A stretch of 64,000 nucleotides of DNA. Origin: Azolla caroliniana (taxonomy: Eukaryota > Plantae > Polypodiophyta). The stretch spans positions 15,314,001-15,378,000 of the forward strand of contig JBHGNT010000002.1 in assembly GCA_043228905.1 (NCBI GenBank). The letters run 5' to 3'. The notes below the pieces were generated by a model. It was not told the origin of the DNA. It saw only the letters and a program-made list of their open reading frames with translations, and made no database searches. The translations under genes were made by a program, and so were the position numbers. Positions 20,701 through 32,469 of this stretch are shown here, one piece after another. Position 1 is the first letter of the stretch, and the number at the start of each line of letters is the position of its first letter.

Positions 20701-22511
20701 GCTGAAAGGAAAGCGGGCACTTCGAAACAAGTGGGTGTTCAAGCTGAAACCGGGAGATGCCGGAAACCCCCCGAGATACAAAGCCAGGATCGTGGTGAAG
20801 GGGTTTCAGCAGAAGAAGGGCGTCGACTTCGACGAGATATTTGCCCCGGTAGTGAAGATGACCTCCATCCGGACGGTGCTGAGCATAGCGGCAAGCATGG
20901 ACCTCGAGGTAGAACAGATGGACGTGAAGACGGCATTCCTTCACGGTGACCTCGAAGAAGAGATTTACATGCAGCAACCGGAAGGATTCGAGAAGAAAGG
21001 GAAGGAGCACCTTGTATGCCGGTTGAAGAAGAGCCTTTACGGACTGAAGCAGGCTCCCCGGCAATGGTATCGGAAGTTCGACTCCTTCATGACCGACGAA
21101 GGGTACCTCAAAACGCAGTCCGACCACTGCGTGTTTGTGAAGAAGTTCGAAGGAGGAGACTTTCTAATACTCCTCCTGTACGTGGACGACATGTTGATCG
21201 TCGGACGGGACCAGGTCAAGATACGGATGCTGAAGAAGGCTCTTCACCGAACCTTCTCAATGAAGGACCTGGGTCCGGCGAAGCAAATACTAGGGATGCA
21301 CATCATCCGGGACCGGAAGAAGAAGCAGTTGTGGCTGTCACAGGAGAAGTACGTGACGAAGGTGCTTCACCGGTTCAACATGTCGGAAGCAAGACCGGTC
21401 GGATCGACCCTCCCGGCAAACTGCAAGCTGTCCAGCAAGCAAAGTCGCAAGACAAAGGCTGAAAAGGAGGATATGATGAAAGTGTCGTATGCCTCAGCCG
21501 TCGGGAGCTTGATGTACGCCATGGTGTGTACGAGACCGGACATAGGATATGCAGTCGGAGTGGTGAGCCGGTACATGAGCAATCCCGGCAAAGAGCATTG
21601 GAACGCGGTCAAGTGGATACTCCGATACCTGAAGGGCACAGCGAATGTGTGCCTCCGATTCGGCTCCGGTAAACCCGAACTCGACGGTTTCACCGATTCG
21701 GATATGTCGGCTGATGCAGATACCAGCCGGTCCACATCAGGGTATGTGATGACGTATGCAGGGGGAGCTGTTTCATGGCAGTCGAGGCTGCAGAAGACGG
21801 TTGCGTTGTCAACCACGGAGGCGGAGTACATGGCGGCTGTTGAAGCCGGCAAGGAAATAATATGGATGAAGGACTTCATTAGAGAGCTCGGTATCCAACA
21901 GGAGGAGTACCGACTCTACTGCGACAGTCAGAGTGCAATCCACCTTGCGAAGAACGCGGCCTATCACTCCCGGACGAAGCACATCCAGCGAAGATATCAC
22001 TGGATCCGGGAAAGGATAGAAGACAAGGAGTTCGTGCTGACAAAGATCCACACGGACGAGAACGGGTCGGATATGCTGACCAAGGTCCTCACACCCGACA
22101 AGCTGGAAGCATGCCGGAAGAGGATCGGATTGGAGAGACATCCCATGCCGAAGTGAAGGGGGAGTTTGTTGGGATTTCGGTCCCTTCGGATGGGATGGTC
22201 GGATGTCGGAGACGAATGCCGACAAGCCCGGTTTCGGTTTCGGATCCGGATGACGAAGACCCCGGCTTCGGTGCCGGATGACGAATGTACCCGGAGAGCG
22301 ATCCGGATGCAGGGACATATCCGTGAATATGTTTGCTATGGGCCCCTGAGGCTATAGTTGTAAATAGCCCCAAAGTCATATATGTATAAATATGACTTAG
22401 GGCAAACTGTTTTATGCTTGCTGATCATTTTCCTATTTTCTGCTGCATTGATCCGCGATTAATCGGTTGTGACCGAGTGGTGAAGGTGAATAGAAGCGTC
22501 GATTCCCAACA
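17708..22511 (+). mobile_element. Full-length, apparently intact Ty1/Copia element (Tnt1/Tork-like)
   Basis: 345-bp LTRs (17708-18052, 22167-22511) differing at one base. Perfect TSD TGACC, PBS TGGTATCAGAGC (18056-18067, tRNA-iMet) and PPT GAAGGGGGAG (22155-22164). The empty site is at 58626-58630. Confidence 0.98.
18083..22156 (+). CDS. gag-pol: Copia Gag-Pol polyprotein (uninterrupted, ~1357 aa from the first ATG)
   Basis: Gag NYADWKIKMEDLL, knuckle CFHCGKPGHFRKNC, protease WVVDSGAS, integrase HTDVC/DNGGEY/NGLAER, RT YVDD and RNase H CDSQSAIHL. Confidence 0.97.
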   Translation: MEGGGSGQPGMMVLNAQNYADWKIKMEDLLIVRDLYEPIDRSEIPKGVLESEWKLLNRKAVATIRQYVDVSVLQHVANDTNAYEMWKKLSGLYERKNALNRTSLMRKIVNLKYRDGESMVEHVSTFMGFVNQLAAIKFPLEDAMQAIILMCTLPESWENLVVTLSTSCTEDNLSLQTVKTSILNEEARRRDKEPASDSKALLTESDRGRQWNRSPQRREKSGTRSQSRGRPTCFHCGKPGHFRKNCRHYRKDNGADNTDSKKSPERNGAYRGATDRRGSDRRGQDRKGMTALAASEEEIMLITEEGELNIAGDETTWVVDSGASFHLTPERRYFSSYTAGEHGYVRMGNEGTCRIAGIGDVWLTTPTGCKMLLKDVRHVPEVRLNLISAGRLDDEGYTGSIRNGVMKFSKGSLIVARARKDNTLYLMNARLCPEELNVAADTAGELWHKRLCHMSEKGMKRLAEDNLIPVKHVHLEKCTDCLAGKQNRTSFHSRPPTRRSAPLELVHTDVCQVETKSHGGAQYFVTFIDDHSRKLWTAPLKTKDQVLCVFKELHARVERESGKKLKAIRADNGGEYRGQFQEYCRSKGIRLEFTVPKTPELNGLAERMNRTIMERVRSMLAHAKLPKGFWAEAMSTATYVINRSPSVPLDGDTPQKVWTGKEVSYRHLKVFGCLAYVHVAKDRRGKLDPKTRPCIFLGYGDDEFGYRVWDPVDKKIFRCRDIIFMEDKTLADWESEKKMKSSKLTGEDQLYEEQSRPARDRLALEDPAEDGEETEPAEEDENDTGTGPDPEMDSDEEESEEPVTEAPERRYPLRERRAPRRFPEPEHVLLTDEGEPESFEEAKHDTQSRRWLSAMQDEMDSLHENHTYELVELLKGKRALRNKWVFKLKPGDAGNPPRYKARIVVKGFQQKKGVDFDEIFAPVVKMTSIRTVLSIAASMDLEVEQMDVKTAFLHGDLEEEIYMQQPEGFEKKGKEHLVCRLKKSLYGLKQAPRQWYRKFDSFMTDEGYLKTQSDHCVFVKKFEGGDFLILLLYVDDMLIVGRDQVKIRMLKKALHRTFSMKDLGPAKQILGMHIIRDRKKKQLWLSQEKYVTKVLHRFNMSEARPVGSTLPANCKLSSKQSRKTKAEKEDMMKVSYASAVGSLMYAMVCTRPDIGYAVGVVSRYMSNPGKEHWNAVKWILRYLKGTANVCLRFGSGKPELDGFTDSDMSADADTSRSTSGYVMTYAGGAVSWQSRLQKTVALSTTEAEYMAAVEAGKEIIWMKDFIRELGIQQEEYRLYCDSQSAIHLAKNAAYHSRTKHIQRRYHWIRERIEDKEFVLTKIHTDENGSDMLTKVLTPDKLEACRKRIGLERHPMPK

Positions 22512-22965
22512 TGACCTCCCCCTTCTTTTCGAGAGACTTGGATTCTCTCATATAGATTCTCTCACTCACACACAAATAGTTTCTCTTTAATAGTAATTGA
22601 ATTAATTTTGAACTATAGTAGATGAGGTGCAATACAAATCAAACCTATCTAATTGCCCATTGTATCCCTTATCACTTAATTCCTCTAGATGAACCTATTT
22701 GGTGGACACGATTTCATATAATCCTTCTAACATCTACTAAGTCATGGCTCTAACCACTAGGCCATTATATATTTATGCCCCCTTTTTCTTCCCCTTGCTT
22801 TTCTCATGTATTTTAGACATTTCCTTATTGCGTTCCCACCTTCCTCATGCCCACATCATGATATCCACTCCCCACATAACCAAAAATACTCCGGTATGTG
22901 CCTTGAATGGTTGTTGATGGGTGGGGGGTGGAACGAAGAACAGCTCCACCCAAGGGGTTTACACG

Positions 22966-23086
22966 TGAGGGAGAGGGAGAGAGAGAAAGAGACACACAGA
23001 AAATTAGAGGGAAAAATTATATACAGAGACAGAGACAGACATGAGGACATCTATGTGTGTGTGTGTGTGTGTGTGTCTCTCTCTCT
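22966..23086. repeat. GA and GT/CT microsatellites
   Basis: (GA)n at ~22966-22992 and (GT)n(CT)n at ~23054-23086. Confidence 0.8.
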
Positions 23087-23808
23087 ACTCTATATGGTAC
23101 ATAATGTAATAGTTGCATAATATGAATGTTACAAAAGAAGATCGTTACATTCTTGTTCACATGCACATAATTGTGGATGTGTTCATACATATATTTATCC
23201 TCACTCACACTCGTATACATTACGCATATACCACAACCCCTAGATCGCATTTGACCCTTACACCACCCCGTACATTCCTATGAGTAACAGATGGCAAGGT
23301 GAACCCACTTGCCATGTCAACTCTTATAAACCAGAACTCTATCAGTCGTCTTGTTGGTCGAAAATCCCTCAACCGGATCACAACTCTACGATCGATAACT
23401 TCGATCAGAGGTTTGCTTGACCCAAACCTTCTCATTCGGTCAACACATCTCTCGGTTGGATCACACAATAATCGGCTCGTCCACTATAGCATGGGTCATA
23501 AAGTCGTTGCGTGTGTCATGATATGGAAAGACTCGAACCCATGACCTTAGGTTATATGGGTCGAGCTCTTGACCATTAGAACATCTATTGTAATACGTAA
23601 AATATTATTTTCATTTACATTTTATTATAGGAAATTAGTGTATATTCCAGATTTCTCTGGAACATTCTAGAAGCTTCAGGATTACTCCTGAAAACACTAT
23701 AAAAGAGGGCACTAGGCATTATGTTGAACCAAATTGGTTCAACGCCAGTCTTAAGCCTTTTAGCCGCCGTTGTATATTCTCTTCATATAATAAATATCTT
23801 TCTTATCA

Positions 23809-23846
<38 letters not shown>

Positions 23847-24029
23847 TCTCTCTGTCTCACTCACTTCTCCCTTCTCTCGAAGAAGTTCACACCTCTCGTA
23901 GTACTAATCCTTCGTTTAGTACTAATTCCTTCTCTATCTCAATACTGTTCATGACAGTTTGAACCAATTTTCCTACCTTCTATCTCTCTCATTTCCTACT
24001 AATCTTTTATTCCTCTTTTCTTTCATCCG

Positions 24030-25180
24030 ATGGCCACTGTTAGCGCTGAAGAATATCAATCTATTTTCTCGGAATTTCAATGCTTGAAGGAGAAGTTCCA
24101 TGCTTTGGAACAAGAAAACCAACGGTTGCTGGGGGATCTTCAGCAAATATCCTTAGAAAAGCAGCAAACGCAACAACAGCATGGGGAACTTGCGTTACGC
24201 GTGCAACAACTCGAAGCCACCATCGTAGCGATGCAACAACACGGGCCCGGAACACAAGGGATTCATAAAGAACCTAAGATTGGCCTTCCCACGAAGTTCG
24301 ATGGAACGCGATCGCAGTTTAGAGGGTTCCTTAACCAGGTACGATTAGTTATTCAAATGCATCCTTCCCGATATCCCACCGATGCATCACGAGTGGGTTT
24401 AGTAGGCACTTTGTTAAGTGGCTCAGCGTTGTCATGGTTCGCCCCACTATTAGAAAAGGAATCTCCGTTACTCAACAATTTTGAAGAGTTTCTAGATGAG
24501 TTTAAAGCATGTTTCGGAGATACTGACAGCATCAGAACCGCAATCAACAAAATCCGGCGATTACGCCAAGGTGACCGTCCAGCCTCCGCATACGCTGCAG
24601 ATTTTCGCCTACTCGCCGCCGATATCCCTTGGGATGATCAAGCGTTGATGGAGCAATTCCGTTATGGTTTACGCAATGACGTCAAGGATTTACTCTTGAC
24701 CTTCCCCGAAGAGCCAAAGTCCTTAACAGAAGCAATCAGTCGCGCGGTGAGATGTGACAACCGCCTCTTTGAGTGACGTTCGGAACGACAGCTACAGATG
24801 CCAAGGGCAAGATCAGAGCCCACCTGCGCCTCAGTGGTAGCAAGACCTTTTCCGAGGGAGTCATATAATGCGCCTCCAGCGAATACTCCGACTCCGATGG
24901 AGATTGACACTACACGTCGTCGAGGGCCATTATCCGAAGAAGAAAAGCAGCGACGCCATACAAATCGACTATGTCTTTACTGCGGTGGACCAGGACATAT
25001 CGCAATAAATTGCCCCCATAGGCCAGAAGACAGGTAAACCAAATAGTCGCTAGTTCTAATTGTACTAAATCCGAGCCTATTTCAGTAGGGATATCTGATA
25101 GTCCTAATAGTACTAATATCCCAGATCTAGCAAACAAATTTGATGTCCTTAGTCAGTTAGAAGAAGAGTTAAACGACTAA
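24030..25180 (+). pseudogene. gag: Chromovirus gag (premature stop at 24774-24776, probable frameshift near 25020)
   Basis: P.KFDGTR..FRGFL, LRQG.RPASAYAADF, PTPMEID and CLYCGGPGHIAINC. Confidence 0.9.
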
Positions 25181-25206
25181 GTCCAGCCAAAATAGGAGCC
25201 GTTTGG

Positions 25207-28200
25207 TTGGACAGCCCTAGATCTGTGCAACCCATTAGTGGTTCCATTCCCTCTAAGCAAGTTAGTGATGTATTCGTAGCCCAAGTAATAGTTAGTACTA
25301 AAAGTACCCCTCCAGTACATGTCCTAGCACTCCTAGATTCCGGAGCTAACTCTTGCTTTATGGATAAGAAATTTGCTCAAGCTCATAAGATATCCCTAAG
25401 AAAACTCTAGTGTCCAGCCTTTGTAGTAGTCATTGATGGACGTCCCATTGCTTCCGGAAATATCCTAGAAGAGTCAGAGCCCATTAATATTGTCCTAGAT
25501 AACTTAGCATGTGTAGTATCATTTAATATTATTAGTATCCCAGAACATCCTATAGTTTTAGGGCCACCGTGGTTCGAGTTACATAACCCTTACATAGATT
25601 GGAGAACAAGAGAAATCCGGTGTCGACAAACCCAAGGGTCAACTCAGAAGATGGCAACCATTTCGCTACGTCAGTTGCGTAAAGAAGGGCACAAGGAGGA
25701 AATGTTCCTCTTTGCAATATCAGTAAACCCCTCTAACACCACTAAAGAAGAATCCACCGTTCAACTTCCCGAGAAGTATCGTCATTACACCGATGTGTTC
25801 GATAAAGTACAAGCCAACACACTTTCTCATCATCGACCGTATGATTGCCCCATCGATTTACAACCGGGAAAAGAGCCGCCATGGGGACCGATCTACAATT
25901 TTTCACCAACCGAGCTGGAAGTCCTTCGGGCCTATATAGAGGAGAATTTGGAAAATGGTTTCATTCGGCATTCGAAATCTCCAGCCGGTGCGCCCATTTT
26001 CTTCGTCAAGAAAAAAGATGGATCGCTTCGTCTCGTTGTAGATTATCGTGGCTTGAATAAGGTTACAATCAGGAATAGGTATGCTCTTCCCCTTATCTCA
26101 AGTCTTTTAGAACGGATCAATGGTGCTAGGTTCTTCACGAAGGTCGACTTACGAGGAGCATATAACCTCGTACGGATCCGACCAGGAAACGAATGGAAGA
26201 CCGCGTTTCGCACCAGATATGGGCACTTCGAGTATACTGTCATGCCATTCGGCCTCACTAATGCGCCGGCAGTCTTCCAGCACATGGCTAATGATATATT
26301 CCGAGATCTATTGGATGATTGTTTGATCATCTATTTGGATGATCTACTGGTTTATTCAAAGACCCAAGAAGAACATGATTCTCATGTACTATTAGTACTA
26401 AAACGACTTCGAGAACATGGTCTGTATGCAAAGCTAGAAAAATGTAGTTTCGGGTGCAACCAAGTGGAATTTCTCGGCTACATCATTTCGTCAGAAGGCA
26501 TCTCCATGGACCCAGCTAAGGTCAAAACGGTGGTAGAATGGCAGATTCCGCGTTCGGTACGGGATGTGCAATGCTTCTTAGGCTTTGCCAATTTTTACCG
26601 GAAGTTCATACAAGATTACTCAAAGATCGTTCTACCTCTCACACAACTTACTAGGAAGGGACAACCGTTCATCTAGTCTGAAGAAACGGACATGGCTTTC
26701 GAGCGTCTTAAAAAAGCATTTACATCGGCTCCAATTCTAGCTCATGTCGATCCGGAGAAACCATTCATTATCGAAGCTGACGCATCGGATTTTGCATTGG
26801 GGAGCATTCTGTCACAACAGGGGAATGATGAAAAGCTACAACCTGTGGCTTTTCACTCACGCAAGTTTGATGCCGCCGAAATCAACTACGAAATTCATGA
26901 TAAGGAGCTATTGGCAATAGTGGATTCTTTTATGCAATGGAGGCATTTTCTAGAGGGATCCTCTCATCCAGTCAGCGTATTTAGTGACCACAAGAATCTT
27001 GCCTACTTTCAGGATGCTCGTGTGCTGAATCGACGTCAAGCTCGGTGGGCCCACTTCCTCACGCGTTTCGACTTCAAAATTACATATCGTCCGGGGAGGC
27101 ACCAAGGGAAGGCAGATGCATTATCACGGCGTTCGTATCTAGCACCCCGTCCCGGCAAGCCAGCTTTCGATAACCAAAAACAAGTCATCTTGGGACCGGC
27201 ACGATTACAAGCAACACAAATCTTTAACATGCCCATGGATTCCCGCATTATCGATACCATACGTGAAGACTTGAAGATAGATGCGTTCGCCCAAGCTATA
27301 CTAGCACAAATTGATCCCTCTCGAGCGTCGTGTTCACAGTCGCAACCACCAGGTACGGACTATCGGCAATTCAAATACCATGATGGATTACTCTTCTTTA
27401 AAGAACTTTTGTATGTTCCTAATGGTTCTTGCCGCCTTCGAGTAGTACAAAACTGTCATGACACATATACAGCTGGGCATTTTGGTAGTACTAAAACATT
27501 ACATTTAGTACAACGATCATTTTGGTGGCCCTGTATGCGACAATTTGTTGAGGATTTTGTTCGGACTTGTGATACATGTTGCAGAGCGAAAATGCCAAGG
27601 CATCATCCATATGGTTTATTAGAACCATTACCAATTCCAAGCAAGCCGTGGCAATCCATTGCTCTAGACTTCATCACAGATCTTCCAGTCTCTAAGGGGT
27701 TCAATGCGATTCTAACGGTGGTCGATCGATATACGAAGATGGCTCATTTCTTGCCATGTACTAAGGAGATCTCCAGTGAAGACACTGCCGAAATTGTCAT
27801 GCGTGAAGTCTGTCGGCATCATGGACTCCCCGATAGTATCATCAGCGACCGTGGACCCCAGTTCGTGTCAAAATTCTGGAAGCACCTTTTTAACATGCTC
27901 AAGGTCACTTGTAACCTCTCTTCCGGCTACCACCCACAAACTGATGGCCAAGCTGAACGAACAAATCAAACATTGGAGCAGTATCTGCGGTGCTTTCTCA
28001 GCTATCATCAGGACGACTGGGCAGATATTCTCCACTTCGCCGAATTTGCCTATAACAACTCTATCCACGCATCCACTAAAGTTACGCCATTTTATGCTTA
28101 TACGGGATGTCACCCCCGGTGGAGTGTACTTGAAACCCCAGAGGTGTCCACAAATCCGTGCGCGGAGGATCGTTTGGAGCGGTTACGCAAGATACAAGTG

Positions 28201-28764
28201 GATTTATCTACTCATCTCCAACAAGCTCAACAAACACACAAGGTCTACGCGGATCGTCATCGACTTCCATCTAGTTTTAATATTGGAGATCGGGTGTGGC
28301 TGCTACGACGACACATCAAGACTACTCGCCCATGTGAGAAGTTGGATTATCGGCGATTAGGTCCTTTTCGTATTATTGGAAAGATTAATGATGTCGCTTT
28401 TCGTCTCGATCTACCTCCTCAACTTCGGATACATCCGGTGTTTCATAGTTCTCTCTTCGAACCCTACCACGAGAGCACCATCCCAGAACGTCTTATCCAA
28501 CCTCCACCCCCGATCGAGCTTGAAGATGGGCCGGAGTACGAGGTTGCCGCCATCCTTGATTCCAAGATTGTTCGCAACAAGCTCTACTATCTAGTCGATT
28601 GGCTAGGCTATAGTCCCAGCGAACGTACTTGGGAACCGATCGAGAATGTAACCAATACTCCTGCTCTTCTTGAAGACTTCCATCGTCAATATCCACACAA
28701 ACCGGGTCCTCAATCCAAGACGACTCGTGACACTCGTCGTTTTAAAGGGGGGATAGTGTCATGA
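25207..28764 (+). pseudogene. pol: Chromovirus pol: PR-RT-RH-INT-chromodomain, with in-frame stops
   Basis: LLDSGA, YLDD, EADASDFALG, H..GH/C..C zinc finger, GPF motif and the chromodomain YEVAAILDSK...YLVDWLGY...TWEP. Stops occur at ~25408 and ~26674. Confidence 0.95.
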
Positions 28765-29051
28765 TATGGAAAGACTCGAACCCATGACCTTAGGTTATAT
28801 GGGTCGAGCTCTTGACCATTAGAACATCTATTGTAATACGTAGGATATTATTTTCATTTACATTTTATTATAGGAAATTAGTGTATATTCCAGATTTCTC
28901 TGGAACATTCTAGAAGCTTCAGGATTACTCCTGAAAACACTATAAAAGAGGGCACTAGGCATTATGTTGAACCAAATTGGTTCAACGCCAGTCTTAAGCC
29001 TTTTAGCCGCCGTTGTATATTCTCTTCATATAATAAATATCTTTCTTATCA

Positions 29052-29093
<42 letters not shown>

Positions 29094-29539
29094 TCTCTCT
29101 GTCTCACTCACTTCTCCCTTCTCTCGAAGAAGTTCACACCTCTCGTAGTACTAATCCTTCGTTTAGTACTAATTCCTTCTCTATCTCAGTACTGTTCATG
29201 ACAGCGTGTATGTGTATTCTCTGGTTTCTTCGTGTGAGGTGAGTTTAATGTTTTGTACCCCTTGGTCTTTGAAATTTTCATTTTTTACCCTCACATTTTT
29301 GAAATTTTATCATATGCACTTATGAAATTTAGTTCTATGCCCTCTTGTTTTCGAAATTTTGTTTTCTACCCCTTTCTTTTTCTTCTACTTTCTTTCCTTG
29401 CTTTCTTCTTCCTCTTTTGTCGTCGAATTCTTCATTTTCTTGACATGCTCATCTGTGACAACCTCCGCTTTTTTTCCTTTCCTGTGTAATCTCAAGCTTC
29501 ATTTAATGGCTTTACCCATTCTCTCCTCTCTGCCTTTGC

Positions 29540-29655
29540 TCTTCTTTCTTCTTCTTCTTCGTCACCTTCTTCTTCTTCGTCTTCTCTCTTTATCTCTTCT
29601 TCGTTTCTTTCTTCTTCTTCTTCTTCTTCTTTCTTTTTGAATTTCTTCTTCTTTC
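29540..29655. repeat. (CTT)n-rich microsatellite
   Basis: Imperfect CTT run. It is absent from the paralogous region near 59850. Confidence 0.85.
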
Positions 29656-30617
29656 TTGATTTTCTCCTTCTTTACATCATATGTTGAGTGGAGTACTTTT
29701 GTTTGTCTCCGTCTTCCCTCCTGATCTCTGTCCATCGCCATCTCCATCGTCGTCCATCGGTCGTCGTTATCCATCAGTCGGCTCTAGGACCGTCTATCTG
29801 TCTCTATGTCCGGCCGGTTCTATCCCCCATTTGTTTGACCGTCTCTCTATCCGGCCGGTTGTCTGACCGCCTATTTGGCTCCATGCGCCCGTCATCGCTA
29901 TCTGATGGTTGTCCAACGATTGTTGGCTATCCAACCAGCTATCCGAACTGTCTTTACTGGCGTCGCCTTTCGGCGGCCGACTCTGTCATCGTCTATTCGC
30001 TCAGTCAGACGTCTCGGCCTCCTCGATTGGCTTCTCTGCTCATCAGGCCCATTTCAGCTCCCTTGTTGTTGTGATATTGACGCTTCTCGACCCATCAGCT
30101 CCGTCGTGTCGGAATCGACTTCAGTTGCCCTCTCGCCCGCTTAGCCTTTATGTGATTCAACTCAACCGAATCAGTTGCCTCCGATTCATTTGCTCTCTTG
30201 TCCGAATTCGTTGTCTCCAATTCTTCTTCCTTTTCGAGGCCCTTTAACACATCAGACCATGTTCTGGTCCTCGTCTTTTTTTTTCGGTCGGCTTTGTCTC
30301 TTTTGCTGCCTGTTCCAACTCTTCAGTCGATTCCACATCTAATTCAGCTTTCTCTTGTTGCTCTCCCCTCGTTGTTCCACCTATTCTCCCCCTCAAGGGC
30401 AGCACGTGGAGATGTAACCCAAGCATCTCTGAAAAGTGCTACAACTTGTCTGATCCGAGCGCCTTCGTGAAGATGTCGACCACCAGCCGATCCGTTCAAA
30501 CATACCAGAGTTTGACTTCACCACTGAAGACCTGCTAGCGCACAAAGATATACTGCACTTCTATGTGCTTCATACGAGCATGGAAAACGGGGTTCTTTAC
30601 CAGCTGCATGCTACTGA

Positions 30618-31555
30618 TGTTGTCGCAGTAGATTGGGATCAGAGTGGGAACATCGTGTTAGGAATATGTCCCTCCTATGGGAGCAGCCAACTGGTCGGGC
30701 TGAATGCCGACAATCGAAGACATGAAGAGTCGACTACGAGAGTCGACAGTAGGACAGTCTAAGTTCAAGACACGACCAACTAGTCGGGCTGACTGGACAG
30801 TTGACATTGGAGTCAACTAGTCGATCAATCGGTTGAATAACTATTATTGTTATAATAGGAATGGCAATAGCAATGGCAACATTTGTAAATAGCCTATACG
30901 GTGTATAAGTATAAATATACTTAGGGCAAACATAGTGAGTGTAAAACAAAATAGTTGTGAACCTTTGTTGTTGAGTGTGACAGAGAAGAGAAGCAGCAGC
31001 AAAGTTCAATGAACTTGCTAAGAACCCTAAGCGGGTTATCCTCTGTGTGCATCAGAGAAGATTGTAATTGTTTTCTATATTCTCTTGTATAGTGGATCTC
31101 TGTTTCTCCCGTGGTTTTTTCCCGGTTAGGGTTTCCACGTTAAACACTGTGTATCTTGTTCATTTTGTTGTTATTTTTTCTGTTTCTGAGTTGTGTATTC
31201 TCAGCATATCTTTCTAATGAACATTCGATTTGAATTCAACAAACTAGTATCAGAACAAAGTTGAAGATGGATGAAGGTGTGAGCAGTTTCCCAGGCATGA
31301 TAGTTCTAAACTCTCAGAACTATGTGGACTGGAAGATAAAGATGGAGGACCTTCCCATAGTCAAAAACCTATACGAGCCAATCAACAAAGATGAAATACC
31401 CACAGAGGGTATTAGAGTTGGAATGGAAACTTCTTAACAGAAAGGCGGTGGCCACAATCTAACAATGCGTCAACGTGAGTGTCCTTCTACATGTGGCAGA
31501 AGCTTTCAGGCTTATATGAGATGAAGAATGTCGTCAACAAAACATCCCTAATGAC
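30618..31555 (+). mobile_element. Degenerate Copia 5' end (LTR 30618-31241, mutated iMet PBS, gag start)
   Basis: TGTTG...CAACA, then TAGTATCAGA and a gag start (NSQNY.DWKIKMEDL) related to the intact Copia. The paralog starts at 60951. Confidence 0.85.
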
Positions 31556-31800
31556 TGCGAAAGTATTTTTAGAATTCAAGCCATTGAACGTTAGAAGAAT
31601 ATAAGGTTTGGAGCATAGTATGAACCATACGTGCATTTGCATTCGCGAATGTTTCAATCATTCGAGTATGAAAAACACCCTGAAAGAATGATAAATACCA
31701 TACTTTTGGATTAACTATTTATTATGAGGTAAATAAGCATAAAAATGAAAGAAAAAAAAAACATTTAAAAAATGGGAAAAAAACAAAAAAAAACACAAAA
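31556..31800. repeat. Truncated copy of the solo LTR at 61920-63025
   Basis: Same insertion point in gag and the same first ~245 bp. Homology then stops, which marks the end of duplication copy 1. Confidence 0.75.
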
Positions 31801-32469
31801 AACACCTTCAGGAAACATGTGAAGACTCGATCTTACACCTTGCATGGTGTCTTAAAGATATTTGGTCCAAAAGCCTAATAGTATTTTGTGCATAAAAGAA
31901 AAAGATGTAAGCAAGACTCAAACTTAACACCTCTAAGATAGGAAGCAATAGGCTTACCATTAAGCCAAACCATTTCTTTAGAGATTATATTTTTATCATT
32001 ATAACTTTACGTGTAAATTCTCATACATAAGAGCTAAAATGAATGACGTGGTTATCATGCACCACATGTAATACATGAGCGCCAAATGGCAAACATGCAT
32101 TTTATGCATGTCTTGTACCCTCAAATGCACGAGGGCATCTATAAAAGAGGAGGGGAAAAAGAACAAAAAGGGGTAATCTAAAATTTTTGGGAATGTAAAA
32201 TTCTTATCAAGAGCTTTGTACTTTATATCAAAATTAATATTAAGAAGAAAATTCGTTATCCCTTATGATGATATACCTTGTTCTTCAAATCTAAAGTCAA
32301 GAGTTCAATCTTAATATCTCTCTCAATCTAAAATCAAGCGTTCTATTTTATCTCAATCTCTATGTCAATCTATCTTAAATCCTTTCTCGCTAAAGTTAGT
32401 GCGTACTTCGAATCCTTTCAGTCCAGAACCCCGACGGTTCCGCACGTAGTGACGGATCTTCACGACAAC

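Larger units (their letters stand above)
23514..29203 (+). mobile_element. Full-length chromovirus (Ty3/Gypsy, Tcn1-like) with disabling mutations
   Basis: LTRs 23514-23956 and 28757-29203 differ by about 3 substitutions plus CT-tract length. Perfect TSD GCGTG and PPT AAAGGGGGGATAG (28744-28756). No TGG-type PBS. The empty site is at 59604-59608. Confidence 0.96.
5612..31800 (+). repeat. Segmental duplication copy 1 (expanded by three later LTR insertions)
   Basis: Colinear blocks: 5612-6365 = 54680-55431; 14517-17707 = 55427-58630; 22512-23513 = 58626-59608; 29204-~31800 = 59604-~62166. Confidence 0.95.

Noticed and set aside
25160-25200. Programmed gag-pol frameshift or readthrough site in the chromovirus (GTTAAACGACTAA)
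   Set aside because: Plausible by analogy, but nearby disabling mutations prevent a reliable frame assignment from this copy.
29238-30617. Possible MULE-like terminal repeat and exon-like stretch (EDLLAHKDILHFYVLH...)
   Set aside because: No matching second TIR, TSD or recognisable transposase motif is present in the window.
31818-32467. Possible additional LTR ending CACGACA
   Set aside because: The left boundary and TSD could not be established and there is no second copy.
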